A stretch of 64,000 bases of DNA from Octopus vulgaris (taxonomy: Eukaryota). Of the stretch, positions 12,501 through 27,204 are shown piece by piece. The stretch spans positions 29,388,001 through 29,452,000 of the forward strand of contig OX597826.1 of assembly GCA_951406725.2 (NCBI GenBank). The letters run 5' to 3'. The position numbers were made by a program, and so were the translations under genes. Under the pieces are notes generated by a model that had not been told where the DNA came from, did not search any database, and saw only the letters and a list, made by a program, of their open reading frames with translations. Positions within the stretch are counted from its first letter, which is position 1, and each line of letters opens with the position of its first letter.

Positions 12501-15500
12501 ACATTGTTTTAAATCAGTTAGACATTATTTTGTAGTTCTGAGATTTCAATAAGGTGGTTGTTGCATTTTTAGAAGGACATTGTAGGCAAATTTTGCAAGA
12601 AAATATGGCATCTGTGATTCATAGATGCCATACTTTTGTAAAAAGTTGCATACCCAGTGCTCTCCAACTGTCATTTCCACAATGTTCTATGGGGCCAAAG
12701 AGTGGGAGAGACAACAAAATGGTATCTATGTGTGCTTCTGACAACATAAACACCTGTTCTATATTTAAAAGATGAAAAATTATGTACATTATTTACATTT
12801 GATGGATATTTGTCCTCATCTTGTTAGTTGTTAACACAGCGTTTCGGCTGATATACCCTCCAGCCTTCATCAGGTGCCTTGGGGAAATTTCGAACCTGGG
12901 TTCTCATTCCGATGTTTTTATTATTATTCAGGTGACCTGAAAAATACCTTAGGAATGAGAACCCATGTTCAAAATTTCCCCAAGACACCTGATGAAGGCT
13001 GGAGGGTATATCAGCCAAAATGTGTTAACAACAAAAAAGATGAGGACAAATATCCATTGAATGTACATAAACACTGGTGTTTTAGCAAGACTGGTACATG
13101 ATACCATGCCACTTTCTCACACAAGTGATGGCTAATCTCTATGCTTAAGCGTGTGATTGATATTTATTCCATCATCATAATCATCATTTGATGTCTATGC
13201 TCCCAGTTGCCATGGGTTCAATTTTCTGACAGGTTCTGATTAGTTTAAAGTCTGCTTTGGTATGTTTTCTACAGCTGGGTGCCTGCCCTTCTTAGCACCA
13301 ACCACTTTACAACAAGTACTGAGCATTTTTCATGGCACCAGCACCAGTGAGGTTGCTATGCAGCTTGCAAAACTAAGATCCCTTTAACTGAATGAGGTTA
13401 CATTAAAGAAGATGGCAACTTTATGCAATGGAATGAAGGGTTAAAGTGTGAGAGAAACAAAGCAAGGCCCTGTATAGATAGCTGCTAATTAACAAAATAT
13501 AATTAATTATAAATATTTAAAAAAATTTCCTGAATATTTACCAGAGAGAGTTGTTTGACACTTGTAACTGTACTCTTCTTCTCTTGTGTTTAATTGTTCT
13601 GCAAGTTGTTGGTAGCCAAGGACTGAGAGAGCTGAAGCAAGGGGTTTTACCTGAAATGTTGGAATTTTGTTTTTATCAAACAGTTTCAGTGTACAAGGAG
13701 GCACACAAAAGTAACTGTAAATGTTTTCTGAGGGACAAGCCTGTTGTAGTTCAGGTTTCTGCCTTTAGAAGCAAGTTGATGTGACCCTCTGGCAGCATCG
13801 GGTGTAGTCCTACTGCCACGTTGTGCAATCTTTGTTTAGCGGTGCTTCTACTTTGTTCACTGATTTTTGCGATGGCTGAAATGATGGAACAGCCTGTTTC
13901 CGTGAAATTCTGTTTTCTGCTGGGGAAAACAGTGGCTGAAACAGCCTGTCATGCTTCAGACAGCTTATAACATTGCTGCCATGAGCAAAACATAAGTTCA
14001 CAAGCGGTTTTCATACTTTAGGAATGGTCACTTGTTGCTTGAAGACCAACCTCATTCAGGACAACTGTCCACCTCCCGAACAAATAAAAATATCACAAAA
14101 ATGCATGAACCAATCTTGAAGGACCGTCACTGAACAGTTGACGAAATTGATATGATTGGGCTGTCCTGGAGCTCCTGCCAATGAATTTCCTAAGCTGTTG
14201 ATGTTTATGTCCACGAATATATTTTACACCACACTAATTTGTAGCCTTTTCATACACATTCATATATGCATAAAAATATACATACAAATAGACACATGCA
14301 TATACACATAAACTTACAGACGGATATACACATGGACATATACAGAGTTCAAATCCTGCATGTATACATGTGTTAGTGGTGAGGTGAGAAACATTGTGAG
14401 GATGGTTGGTGAAATATAGACAAACAACAACTGGTGAATGTGTTTATAGGCTTTGCCAAATGTGATTTTTCCCAAATATTACAATATTGGTTTCAAAACG
14501 GTTTTATTCCTGCAAAAACAAATCCAAACTTATATATAAGAGATAAATATATTAGGTTGTTTCACATGAAATTTATTTTAAATGGGTTTCTTACGAGTCA
14601 TCTATAAATGGATATATAATGAGTTCCTAGGTATATGCTTGTGTTAAGTCTTAACTCTTTTTCTTTCAAGACAATTCTATTGTTCAAAATTGCTACCCAC
14701 AGCTCTTATAACAATGTTGACAACTGAACAATAACCGATTGATTTTCTTGTATGAATACAAGTTGGGTCACTCTGCCACTGAAGCTTTACAAAACATCAA
14801 GTGGGATTTTGGTAACGATTCTGTTGACATAATAACTGTTCAGAGATGGTTCCAAAGATTTCGTTCAGGAAATGAAAGCCTTTAAAATGAACCAAGAGGG
14901 AGACCAAAATCAGTTATTCGGCATGATGAATTAAATGTTTTGGTTGAATGGAATCTGAGAACAACGGTCCAAAAGATCGGATCAGAGCTCCAGATATCTC
15001 CCACAACTGCTTCTTGGCAGTTAAAGAAAATTGGAAAAGTCAAAAATATGGATAGGTTTGTTCCCCATCAACTTAATGAGATTCAAAGAAACAGATGCCT
15101 TACAGTGTGTTCCATGTTGATTTCTCGGTTGGAAAGAGAACCATTTTTGTATCAACTCATTATGTATGATAAGTGGATTCTCTTTGATAACAGCAGGAGG
15201 ACAGGACAGTGGTTAGATGCAGGAGAATCACTAAAACACTACCCAAAACCGCCATTGCAACCTTAAAAAGTTGATGGTCACTGTATGGTGATCAACAAAG
15301 GGGGTTATTCATTATTTATTTTTGCAACAAGAGAAAACTGTAACAGCAACATCCTATTGTCAGGAAATTAATTGTATGCATGAAAACTTAAAAAAGAAGC
15401 AACACGTGAATAGAGATGGCCCAATTTTGCTTCATTGTAATGCACGGCCTCACACTTCTCAAGCTACATTATGAAATTTTGGCACATCCTCCTTAATTCT

Positions 15501-18500
15501 CCTGATATCTCTCCAACTTATTATCGCGTATTTAAACACTTTGAGCTTGCTATACGCAATAAAACATTCTTAAATAAAGAAGAGGTAATTGAAGCATTCA
15601 AACAGTTTATCAGTGTAAAAGATAACAAATTCTTTGAAGATGGAATATATGCCTTAGAGGAATGTTGGATGAAGGTCGTAAATGAACAAGGATCATATTT
15701 TGATTAAATAAATGAATATTCTAAAACTTTAAAAACAATTTTAATGTTTCTTTTTTCAAATGCAACATTTCATGTGAGACAACCTAATATTTTAAGGAAC
15801 TCAAATATATATAAATAAATACTGAGTTGTGTGTTGTTGTTGTTGCGGTTATTGTAGTTGTTTAACTCCAGATCAACCTATATTAGCCTGTGGCCAAAGC
15901 TGTTCCAAGCATGACCATTCTGTCTCATATCTTTTTGTATATCCAGGACTACATTTTTTAATAAACCCTTCCTGTCATCAGAAATGGAAACTGTATGGAA
16001 GCCCTTATTGTGCATGCATATGTATGTGTTTGTCTCCATATGTCCACACATTGGCAGTGCTTGGGTAGTAGTGATGATGCTTTTCCGTTTCCTTCATAAA
16101 CTAATTGTCTGATAGTTTGGTACTTCAGTGTCCTGTGAAATAAGGTACCTTACACACAAATGAAGTTTGGTGGCTGACCATAGCATACCACTACAAGAAT
16201 TCCTCATTTCATCCATGCTAACTTTTAAAAAATGTGGATCTGAAAACTTTTTTAAAATGAGAGATTTTATATAAGAACCAGAGGCCATCTCAGACATATT
16301 GGTACAAAAAGAGTTAAAAGTGGCTTTGACCTTTAGCATACTATAGATGCATTATGTTACTGTATGAGTAATGTCCCCTTTCATTGCGATCCAGTGCACC
16401 TGCACTTATAGAGAAAGTGCGTATGGGACCATTATGCACCTATATGTGCCAAAGGTTTAAGTTATGCACGTGTGAGTGTGTATGCACTTATGTGCGCGTG
16501 TTTATGCATGTATATGTGTGTAGCAGAATGCTTTTGACGAAATATATACTGAAGGGAAGCTAGCCCATGGTTAAACAATAATAGCTACAATAACTGACCT
16601 TATCGCTTGTAACAGGTAGAGAGTTATGCCATGCCATTAACATGTTGAAACAGGCCACATGAGGAACTTTATCACTGGCAGTTGTCTTTATCCGTTTCAT
16701 AACCAGCCCTGAGACTTTCAGTTCTTGTGCCAGAAGTTGCCATTTGTTTCCAATAGCAGTTGATACTTGCAGAAGGAAATCTTTGTTAACAGGATCTTGG
16801 AAAGTAGAAAACGGTACAAATTTATGCATATACATTCAGGTATTCTTCTCCCATGTACATCTTTATACACACAAAAATGTACATGCACACATGCTTGTCC
16901 ACTCACAAAAACACATACATATATCCACATGTGTGTGAATATATATATATATATATATATGTATGTCTGTATGTACATATAAATCAAAATATACTATATT
17001 ATAGATCCATTTCAGTTAAAGTTACCAATAGGTTTCACACTAGATATTAGGTTACAGGGCAGTTAACTAATACACATGATGCTCTTCAGAGGTGGCAGGA
17101 AATAAATATATGTGCATCTGACTGGCACTCTGTTGGTTATGACAAGTGTTCCAGTTGATCCGATCAATGGAAAAGACTGTTTGTGGAGCATTCCACACAC
17201 ACGTGTACCCTCAGCACAGTTCTTAGGGGGATTCAATGTGATACAAGATGTGACATGGCTGGCCCTTTGAAACACAGGGCAGAGGACTACACATTTTTGC
17301 CAGATGAGTGGAGTAAAGCAATGTGAAATAAAGTGCCTTGCTCAAGGACACAATGTGTCCCCAGGAATCAAACTCATAACCTTATTATCTTGAGCCGACT
17401 ACTCAAATCCCTAGGCCACATGCTTTCATACACACATGCACATACATGTGCGCACACACATGCGTGCACACACACACGCACACATATATTATTGGATGAC
17501 CAATCCACCCTTTGCCGGGTTTTGTTTCTCATCCTGCAAACTGACCCCGAAACCAGCTTCTCATCAAGCAGACTTTGTAGGGTTTTAGGGTTTACTCACC
17601 AATAGCCCAGCCATGAGAAGATTGTTCTAGTTCACCTGATTACTAGTTGTAGGCCCCTGGTTATCAGATCTTTACCCTAATACACACACATTCATACACA
17701 ATCTCTTTATCACACACACACACATACACTCATACACTAGAGAGGGCGATAGAGGAAGAATAATGTCTGGAGTCTTGTGTATCTGATAAATTCTAATAAT
17801 AGAATCAATGCCATCCTACCTTTGATACATTGCAGCTGTTTCTGCCAGTCCTGGAAATGAAATAATAATAATAATAATAATAATAATCCTTTCTACTAAA
17901 TGCACAAGGCCTGAAATTTGTGGGGAGGGGACTAGACAATAACATCAGCCCCAGTGTTTCACTGGTACTTAATTTATAGACCTTGAAAGTATGAAAGGCA
18001 AAGTCAACTTTAGAGGAATTTTAGCTTAAAATGTCAATAATAATAATAATAATAGCTGATGTAGTACCAGGCACTGACTCTCGTGGCTTCTGATCTTAAC
18101 TGATTGGAAGTGTTTTGTACCTTGTTTTGTCTTGGTATTAAAGATGGGCTACAGCAAATATTCTGCTCAATACCACAGGTTTGCTTGTCAGTTGTTTGAC
18201 CTTAACCAGTTGAGCATGTCCTTTAGTGGCTGACGAAAACTGCACCTCTGATCACAAGTAGAAGTAGTGGGGGAGCATCATAGCCATGTGTTGAGAGGAG
18301 TTCTTTGGGATTTGGATAATTCACATCTGAGAACATGGGTGTTTCGTTTAACATCCTTAAACAATCTTATTCAGGGACTATTTGAGCAGGATGGACGACT
18401 CAACCAAGAGAAAATTCTAACTGGGCACCATCTACAAGGTCATGTGCTGTTTATCTTGATATGAGATCACCATGTTGCACAAATATGGTTGTGATGCATG

Positions 18501-21500
18501 TGCCTGGTGTACCCTTATCAGACGGGTAGTTATGATGGGTACACTGGGCTTCGTATATTCTACCCCAGTGTCACTTTGAGAGTATGCACTGCTCTCTCAC
18601 TCAATAATAATAATATTGGTTTCAAATTTTATTACTTTGCCAGCAATTTCTGTGAAGGGGATAAGTCAACTACATCGACCCCAGTATGCAACTGGTACTT
18701 AATTTATTGACCCTGAAAGGATGGAAGGCAAAGTTGATCTCAGTGGAATTTGAACTCAGAACATAGCGACGAGTGAGATACTGCTGAGCATTTCGTCCAG
18801 CACACTAACGATTTTTCTAGCTCACCACCTTAACAACAACTGTAATAATAATAATAATAATCCATTCTACTGTAGGCACAAGTCCTGAAATTTTGGGGGA
18901 GAGGCTAATCGATTATATCGACCCCAGTGCATAACTGGTACTTATTTCATTGCCTCCGAAAGGATGAAAGGCAAAGTCAACCTCGGTGGAATTTGAACTC
19001 AGAGAGTAAGTACGGACGAAATGCTCACTGCCTTAACAATAATAATAATAATGATAACAAGAAATATTGTTTCTCTCATTACATGTGTATGTTTGTGTGT
19101 GTGTGTGTGTGTGTAAATATATGCATACTCACCCACAGTATGTGTGGTGGCTTCAACATATACACAGTTTCACATCTGGATTGAAATGAAATAAAATGAT
19201 AATTGAAAGCATGCATGCATCAGATATAAGTATTGTATTCATAAATATTATACATACAAGCATCTGTGAAAATGTGAGCATACGCACATGTGAGCGTTGG
19301 TGCACTCATGATCACAAAGCGAGTTAACTATCTACTTGGTGTTTGTAAGAATCGTTATCGTAACTATGTCACCAGCTTTAAGACAAATCAATAAGAGACA
19401 GTCAACATCTTTGGCCGATTTTGTAGGGCAACTGAAGGAGAATAAAATGAAGTACAGCATAACTTGGTCCATAGTAAGGTACACGAAACCATACAATATA
19501 ATTTCCAGGAGATGCTGTCTCTGCTCCGAGGAATCCCTGTCTATTCTGTGGACCAATGAGAAGATCATTAATAGACTCTCCATCCATTAGGATGTGAACG
19601 AATATTTGTCAATTTTTTACCCTGAAGAGATTTTTTACCATTAAAATGCATAATGCAATCCGAATTGCATAATATGAATCAAGGTAAGAAACTGAAATGT
19701 ACGTAGGTGATATGAAATTGACTATTATATAAATAAATTGATTTTTTTCTGTGTTCAAATGCTTCATTTTCCTTATATTGTATATATATATATGCATCAT
19801 ATACATACATCACACATAGACACACAGTAATATTGAGTTCAGACTTTGGTACAAGTCAATCAATTTTGTGGGAGAGGGCCAAGTTGATTACATCCACCCC
19901 AGTGTTCAACTGGTACTTATTTTATTGATTCCAAAAGGATGAAAGGCAAAGTTGACCTTGACGGAATTTGAACTCAGAATGTAAAGATCAATTAAATACT
20001 GCTAAGCATTTTGCCTGGCATGCTACTGATTCTGCCAGCTTGCTGCCATTAGACACAGAGTAATATCAAGTTGAAGAATCATCATAAACGGGCATACTAC
20101 CACCACACGCACACAGGGTAAATATTGGGTTGGTGCATAATTATTGAAGACTTTTTCTTCAACAAATTTTATTCAACAAAAAATAATAATAATATTTAAC
20201 AAAAAACATCTTTAAATGACGGTCTGACGGTCTGACTGTCTGCCAAGCAAATGGGAAGCAGTAATTGAAGTAGATGGTGAATATGCTCCGGAATAATCAT
20301 TTAAAGATGTTTTTGTTACATGTTGTTATTGTTTTTGTAGAATAAAATTAGTTGAAAAAAAGCCGCAATAATTAAGCACCAACCCAGTAATAACAACAGT
20401 GAAGAATATACATTATACACACACATACATATACCATATGGATACACAGATATTTGTCATTATCATCATTGCTTTAACATCTACTTTTTCTTGTTTGCAT
20501 GGGTTAGATGAAATCCACTGATACAGATTTCCAATGGCCATATGCTCTCCCCATCAATACAAACATGCAAATACAACTGGTGCTCCATCGGTTGTGATGA
20601 TGAGCATTCCAGTTGATCCCTGCCCGGGAAGGTAATGTGCAAGGGAGATTCAGCATGACACAGAATGTGACAAGGCTGGCCCCTTTTAAACTGGGGTAAC
20701 GTGAAATAAAGTGTCTCGTCCAAGGACACAATGTGTCATTGGGAATTGTCCTCTCAACCTTACAATCATGAGCCGAATACCTTAAGCACTGAGCCAAGCG
20801 CCTTCACATGCATATACACTCCATATGCATAAACACACACACACACACACAGACACACACACACACTTACACACACACATACATACACAAAATCACACAC
20901 ACACAGATAAAGACACACAGACACACACATACAGACACATGCGCACACAAACACATGCACACACACAAATACACAGACACACACAAAAGCACACACACAG
21001 ACGCACAAAATCACACACACACAGACACAGACACACACAAGCACACACACACACACACAATTGCACGATGAGCCCTTTTTCAATTTCCACCACATTATGT
21101 CAGGTGTTGAGAGGCTGAAGAATGACAGAGGAACAGGCGCAGTTAATTTACCAAAGAGAAAACAAATGGCTACCCTCTATTATATGACTGATGCATCAAT
21201 AATTATTTTTTGTGTGATCTCCAGTGCATCACAAAGTTTAAAACATTAAGAACCACTGCACAAGTTATAGCAGCCAAGCCTCCCTCATATTACTCTGCTG
21301 ACACAGAAAAAGGAAGGACACATTAGACAATGCATGTCAAGATACACCAAGCCTGAAAAAATGTAGTCTGGAATGATTACAGCCAAGACTGTCCCATCTT
21401 TTATTTTTGATTTCTAATTACATAAATCGGCTCTTTTAGGATTAACACTCACAGTGATAATTCCTTTTTATTTTTGGTCAAAGGCCAACAAATTTTGAGG

Positions 21501-22328
21501 GGAAGGGGAAGTTGATTACATATAGTCCCCCAAAACTGAACTGGTTCTTATTTCACCAGCTCTGGAAGAATGAAGGGCAGAGATGACGTCAGTGGAATTT
21601 GAGTTTAGGATATAAAGAACCAGATGAAATGGTGCAAAACATTTTCTCTGGTGCAGTATTTATTCTGCCAGCTTGCCTTAACAATAAACACAATAATAAT
21701 AATAAGAGACAAACAAGATCTTACTTTGAGGGTGGCTTTATCTTAAAGCTAATTCCTTGGTTTTGGGATATCTGAATGGCTTCCTCAGTCCATTGTGAGG
21801 AACGGTTCTTGGAATACAGCTGCAAATCTAGAAACAGAAGTTTAGTTTATAATATCAAGATTTTATACAGACGTGGGGTGCAAGGTTCCATGCAGATAAA
21901 GCTTTTTACTGATACCAGCCCCTTATTAAGACACATGACAACTTGTCTTAACTGTAAGAGATTTTGTTTTCACTCGCACACACACCACCACCACTATCAC
22001 TACCACACATACTGCACACATATGTTTAAGGCACAGGAAAGGAAAGAAGGAATATATATAATCATCATCACACCTCTTCACTGTTAAGGGAGAAAGGAAG
22101 AAAGAAACCCAATCGTGTTTAGTTCCTAAATGTTTTTAATGATCTTGACTTTCATTGTATTGATGAGCTCCAATGAGAGCCAACAGTTGCCAGTCAAAAT
22201 TCCACGTGTGTGTGTGTGTGTATGTGTGTGTGCGTGCGTGTGTGTGCATGTGCACGCAGATGCATATATATATATATGTGTGTGTTTGTATGTATATATG
22301 TAATATAAATATACATATGTGTGTATGA

Positions 22329-22367
<39 letters not shown>

Positions 22368-22556
22368 GAAATAAATGCTAATGTCTTTTCTACTACTGTA
22401 AAATCTCTGAGACAATAATAATAGGAAAAGAAAGATGGACGATGGTCACACACATACATACACACAGACACTGATGCTGGCACACACACAAACACACATA
22501 TATACATGCATATATATATATATATATACATACATACACACACACGCATATATATA

Positions 22557-22602
<46 letters not shown>

Positions 22603-23368
22603 GAATTAATAAATAAAACATATGCATATATACATACATATATGTATGTACCTACCTCTACATGTATATATACATGCATATATGGGTACAGGACACCAAA
22701 AAAATGTCGAACACAATGAGAAACAAAAAAACATAAACACAAAACCAAGGAACTGGACATTTTTCTTAAACAACGAAAAAATAGAGTACAGGACAAATAA
22801 CACAAGGAAAATTCCCCTTCTTCACTCGCCATGGTTTCATCTACTCTGCGTTTCAAAGGTTCGCCACTCTCAAAAATAGCGTTCGTAACACTATCTCGTT
22901 CGGCTTAACAGCCCTTCTTGTCTTGTTATTCTCCTGTTTTATTTTGTACTGTAGTAACTGTCCTGTTTTTGTTACCATTTGTACCCCTCCACAAAAAGAT
23001 CTCAAATTTTATTTAATTTGCTTTTCACGGGAAGGAAAGTTTCTATCGAAGATGCATATCGCCTTCACCTTCGAAACGCAGAGTAGATGAAACCATGGCG
23101 ACTGAAGAAGGGGAATTTTCCTTGTGTTATTTGTCCTGTACTCTATTTTTTCGTTGTTTAAGAAAAATGTCCAGTTCCTTGGTTTTGTGTTTATGTTTTC
23201 GTTTCTCAATGTGTTCGACGTTTTTTTGGTGTCCTGTATCCATATATGCATGTATATATACATGTAGGGGTAGGTACGTACATATATGTATGTATATATG
23301 CATATGTTTTATTTATTAATTCATTATGTGACGGAACGCACGCATCCATTTCTAAGTAAGATTGTTCT

Positions 23369-23449
<81 letters not shown>

Positions 23450-23907
23450 TGTATATATACATGCATACATATATATACATTCATACAAGCATGTGTGCAC
23501 ACACACAACACACACACACACACACAGATCTTGAGAAAAGGTGAATGAATGACATAACCAATGTTTTTTGTAAGCACCCGGCAAACCCACAAGACAACAA
23601 GTTGATGTTGGTAAGAACAACAGCAACGACAACAATAATATGAGAGCTGCAGCAGTAATGGGAAAAACACTTCTATGGCTTTGGTTGAAGAGATGCATTT
23701 CTGTGTGTTACCTGGAAATGTATTATTGCTTGTAGTAGAAAAATGGACTGTGATTGGTTGCTGCAAATCTATGTTGAAGGTGAGGAACAACTGAGGTATC
23801 GGTTGGTAAGGGTTTAACTAGAAGAAAACATGGTCACAGTATCAACTATGCAACTAATAATAATCATAACAACGACAAAAATAATGACAACAACAACAAC
23901 AATAATT

Positions 23908-23960
<53 letters not shown>

Positions 23961-24520
23961 AATAATAATAATAAGTATGGTAAGAAAGGGATATCAGAAA
24001 CATGTAGATTATATCCCAGGAGAACCATGCCTCAGAGAAATCCAAAAGATTGTGCTGACAAGTACTGCCCACGTCTTTAGAAAAACCTGTATTGTATTAC
24101 ATGAAAATATTTTGCTACTGCTCCTGCCACTTCCCCTCCCCAATTTTTCAGTCATACTGTAACATCTATCCTTCATTCACCCTAGGATGCTGAGTGTGTC
24201 TCAGCGATTAAAAGTAAATAGAAATAATAATAATAATAATAATACCAAGCACTGGCTGTCATGGCTTTTGATCTTAAATGATTGGAAGTGTTATCATGTA
24301 CTTTGTTTTGTCTTGGATGGCCTACTCAACCAGAAGAAAATTGTAACTGGGCCCCACCTGCAAGGTCATGTGCTGTTTATTTTGATATGAGATCATCATG
24401 TCATGCACATATGGTTGTGATGCATGTGCCTGATATATTCTTATCAAACGGGTAGTCATGATGGGTATACTGGGCCTCATTTTACCCCAATGTCACTTTG
24501 ATGGCGTACACTGCTCTCTC

Positions 24521-24554
<34 letters not shown>

Positions 24555-26411
24555 GTAATAATAATAATAATAATAATAATGATAATGGATGTATAAATAT
24601 TCGTATGCACACGTGCATACACATTTAAATATATTCACGCTTACTCACTAATGGATGGAAGCACTCCGTCGGTTACGACGACGAGGGTTCCAGTTGATCC
24701 GATCAACGGAACAGCCTGCTCATGAAATTAACGTGTAAGTGGCTGAGCACTCCACAGACACGTGTACCCTTAACGTAGTTCTCAGGGATATTCAGCGTGA
24801 CACAGAGAGTGACAAGGCCAGCCCTTTGAAATACAGGTACAACAGAAACAAGAAGTAAGAGTGAGAGAAAGTTGTGATGAAAGAGTACAGCAGGGATCAC
24901 CACAATCCCTGCCAGAGACTCGTGGAGCTTTTAGGTGTTTTCACTCAATAAACACTCACAACGCCCGGTCTGGGAATCGAAACTGCGATCCTATGACCGC
25001 GAGTCCACTGCCCTAACCACTGGGCCATTGCGCCTCCACACTCACTAATACACACTCACATACATACATACATACATACATATATACATATATATGTGTG
25101 TGTGTAAATACATATATGCAAATGTGAGTGTGTGTGTGGTGTATATATGGATTTACACATAAGCACTCAGACATATGCAAATACATATTACTTCACAAAT
25201 AACACAAAAACACCTACATTTATGCACACACACACACACATACGCAAAAATATACATACATACACTTATGTATACATAGAAATATACATGCATGCACACG
25301 TGCTTACACACACACACACAAAATTCATGCTAACAAATATTCATGCATACACACATACATACATATCTAAGTCTAAGAGATGAAGATATGACTTACTTTA
25401 AGTCTTATGACGATCTTCTGAGAGAGACTTGCTTCTCGTGGGATCATAATGGACAGGTTTGGTTCCAAAGATGAGACCAGCTTTGTGCCATGAAACAGCC
25501 AGGTTTCTGCTCTCATCCGTTTGGTGAGAGCAATATAACAGGGTAGCTGTCTTATCAACTTCTCATCCTGGTAACTATGCTATTGTTGGTGTTGTTGTTG
25601 AGGATGTTGATGTTCGCCATAAAAACCATGGTGGTGGTGGTGGTGGTGGTGGTGGCCCAAGTGTTAGAAGTATCAGAGGTGGTGCAATATGGAACAGAAA
25701 AACAAGAGATTTGAGGTTACAGCATAGATATGTAAGAAGTTTGTATGAGATGTATGTGATGTATAGGTTGGGCAGAGGGCTATTTCAGTTACTGGCCAGG
25801 AAGGAATTGTGTGTGTGTGTGTGTTGTGGAATGAGTGTCAACAAGCAAGGGTTGAATAAAAGCTGAATTATTAGATTATTAAATGCTATTATTAAACATT
25901 TGAATGGGATTTATAACAGTTGAGTACAAGGAATATACAAATATGAATAGAAAAACAAATAGAATCTCATTTACTGCATCATACACCTACAATGTGATGA
26001 GAATTAAATCTGCCAAACAGGATCACAGTTATTAAACTGGATTAGGGTACATAAGCAACAAATCAAAGCTTAATCTCTTAGAAATGTTTCATGCAGTGAA
26101 ATAGATTGGTGGAAAAGAAAAATTGAAAATATTCTCTTCTTTTTCTAAATAAAGGAAAAGAATGAGCAACTACAAAAGGCAAAAGAAGAATACTTTATAA
26201 GAATTCTAAATCTGAAACTAAACCACAAATAGTCTGCAACACCACTAAAAACAATATTCCTGACACGGTATACCTCATAAAACAAGTGTTTTAAAAACTG
26301 AAAATAGTGTAAATGCCTATACAATACTAAAACTAACAACATGCTGTATCAAAAGTGGTGAACAACAAAGTTTCTTGTATATTCCATATTCCGTCTCTGT
26401 CATTTGTTACA

Positions 26412-26452
<41 letters not shown>

Positions 26453-26685
26453 ACACACAATCAGGCTCAAACTTCGATCATGTGACCACAATAGTACCAA
26501 CTATAAGTACACATGTGCAAAAGGCAAGATATGTATTGATGAAAGTGTGGATAACTTTTGACTTCCCTTTGTATGTGTGTGTGTGTGTATGTATACATGC
26601 ATGCATATATTATATCTATATCTATCAATCATCTATCTATTTATCTATCTATCTATCTATCTATCTATATCTATATATATATCTA

Positions 26686-26766
<81 letters not shown>

Positions 26767-27169
26767 TCAGAGAGAGAAATACATATGCTTATATATACAC
26801 AAGTGTGTATATAAACACATATCTACTAAACAAAGATCATTAACTGTTTCTCTTACCTCTTCTAGATGAGGAGACTCCACTTCATTGCAGTCAATCATGT
26901 CATCATCATCATCATCATAAGAATTTGACCAATTAATTCCATCACTGCTTTCGATGAGTTCACAACTGTGATATTGGTGAAGGGTTTCATGACAAAATGA
27001 TGTAATCTCTAAGGTTGACTGTGAAGTATACAAGCATAAAAGACTATATATACATACATACATTTGTACACATATATGTATATACCAACATCAAAATATG
27101 ATACCACGTGACCTTCCTCGACCAATTGCAGCCCACTTTATGGTAATAACTGCTGTCATTCAAATTATG

Positions 27170-27204
<35 letters not shown>

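Noticed and set aside
21060-21114. Possible exon [16 protein letters not shown] between ZU5-2 and DD1
   Set aside because: The only donors are weak and abut a TG microsatellite. The 43-nt and 31-nt microexons have better splice sites and close the phases.
24955-25040. tRNA-like sequences here and at 370-430, 34960-35030 and 50635-50705
   Set aside because: These are SINE or repeat heads continuing into repeat bodies, not stand-alone tRNA genes.
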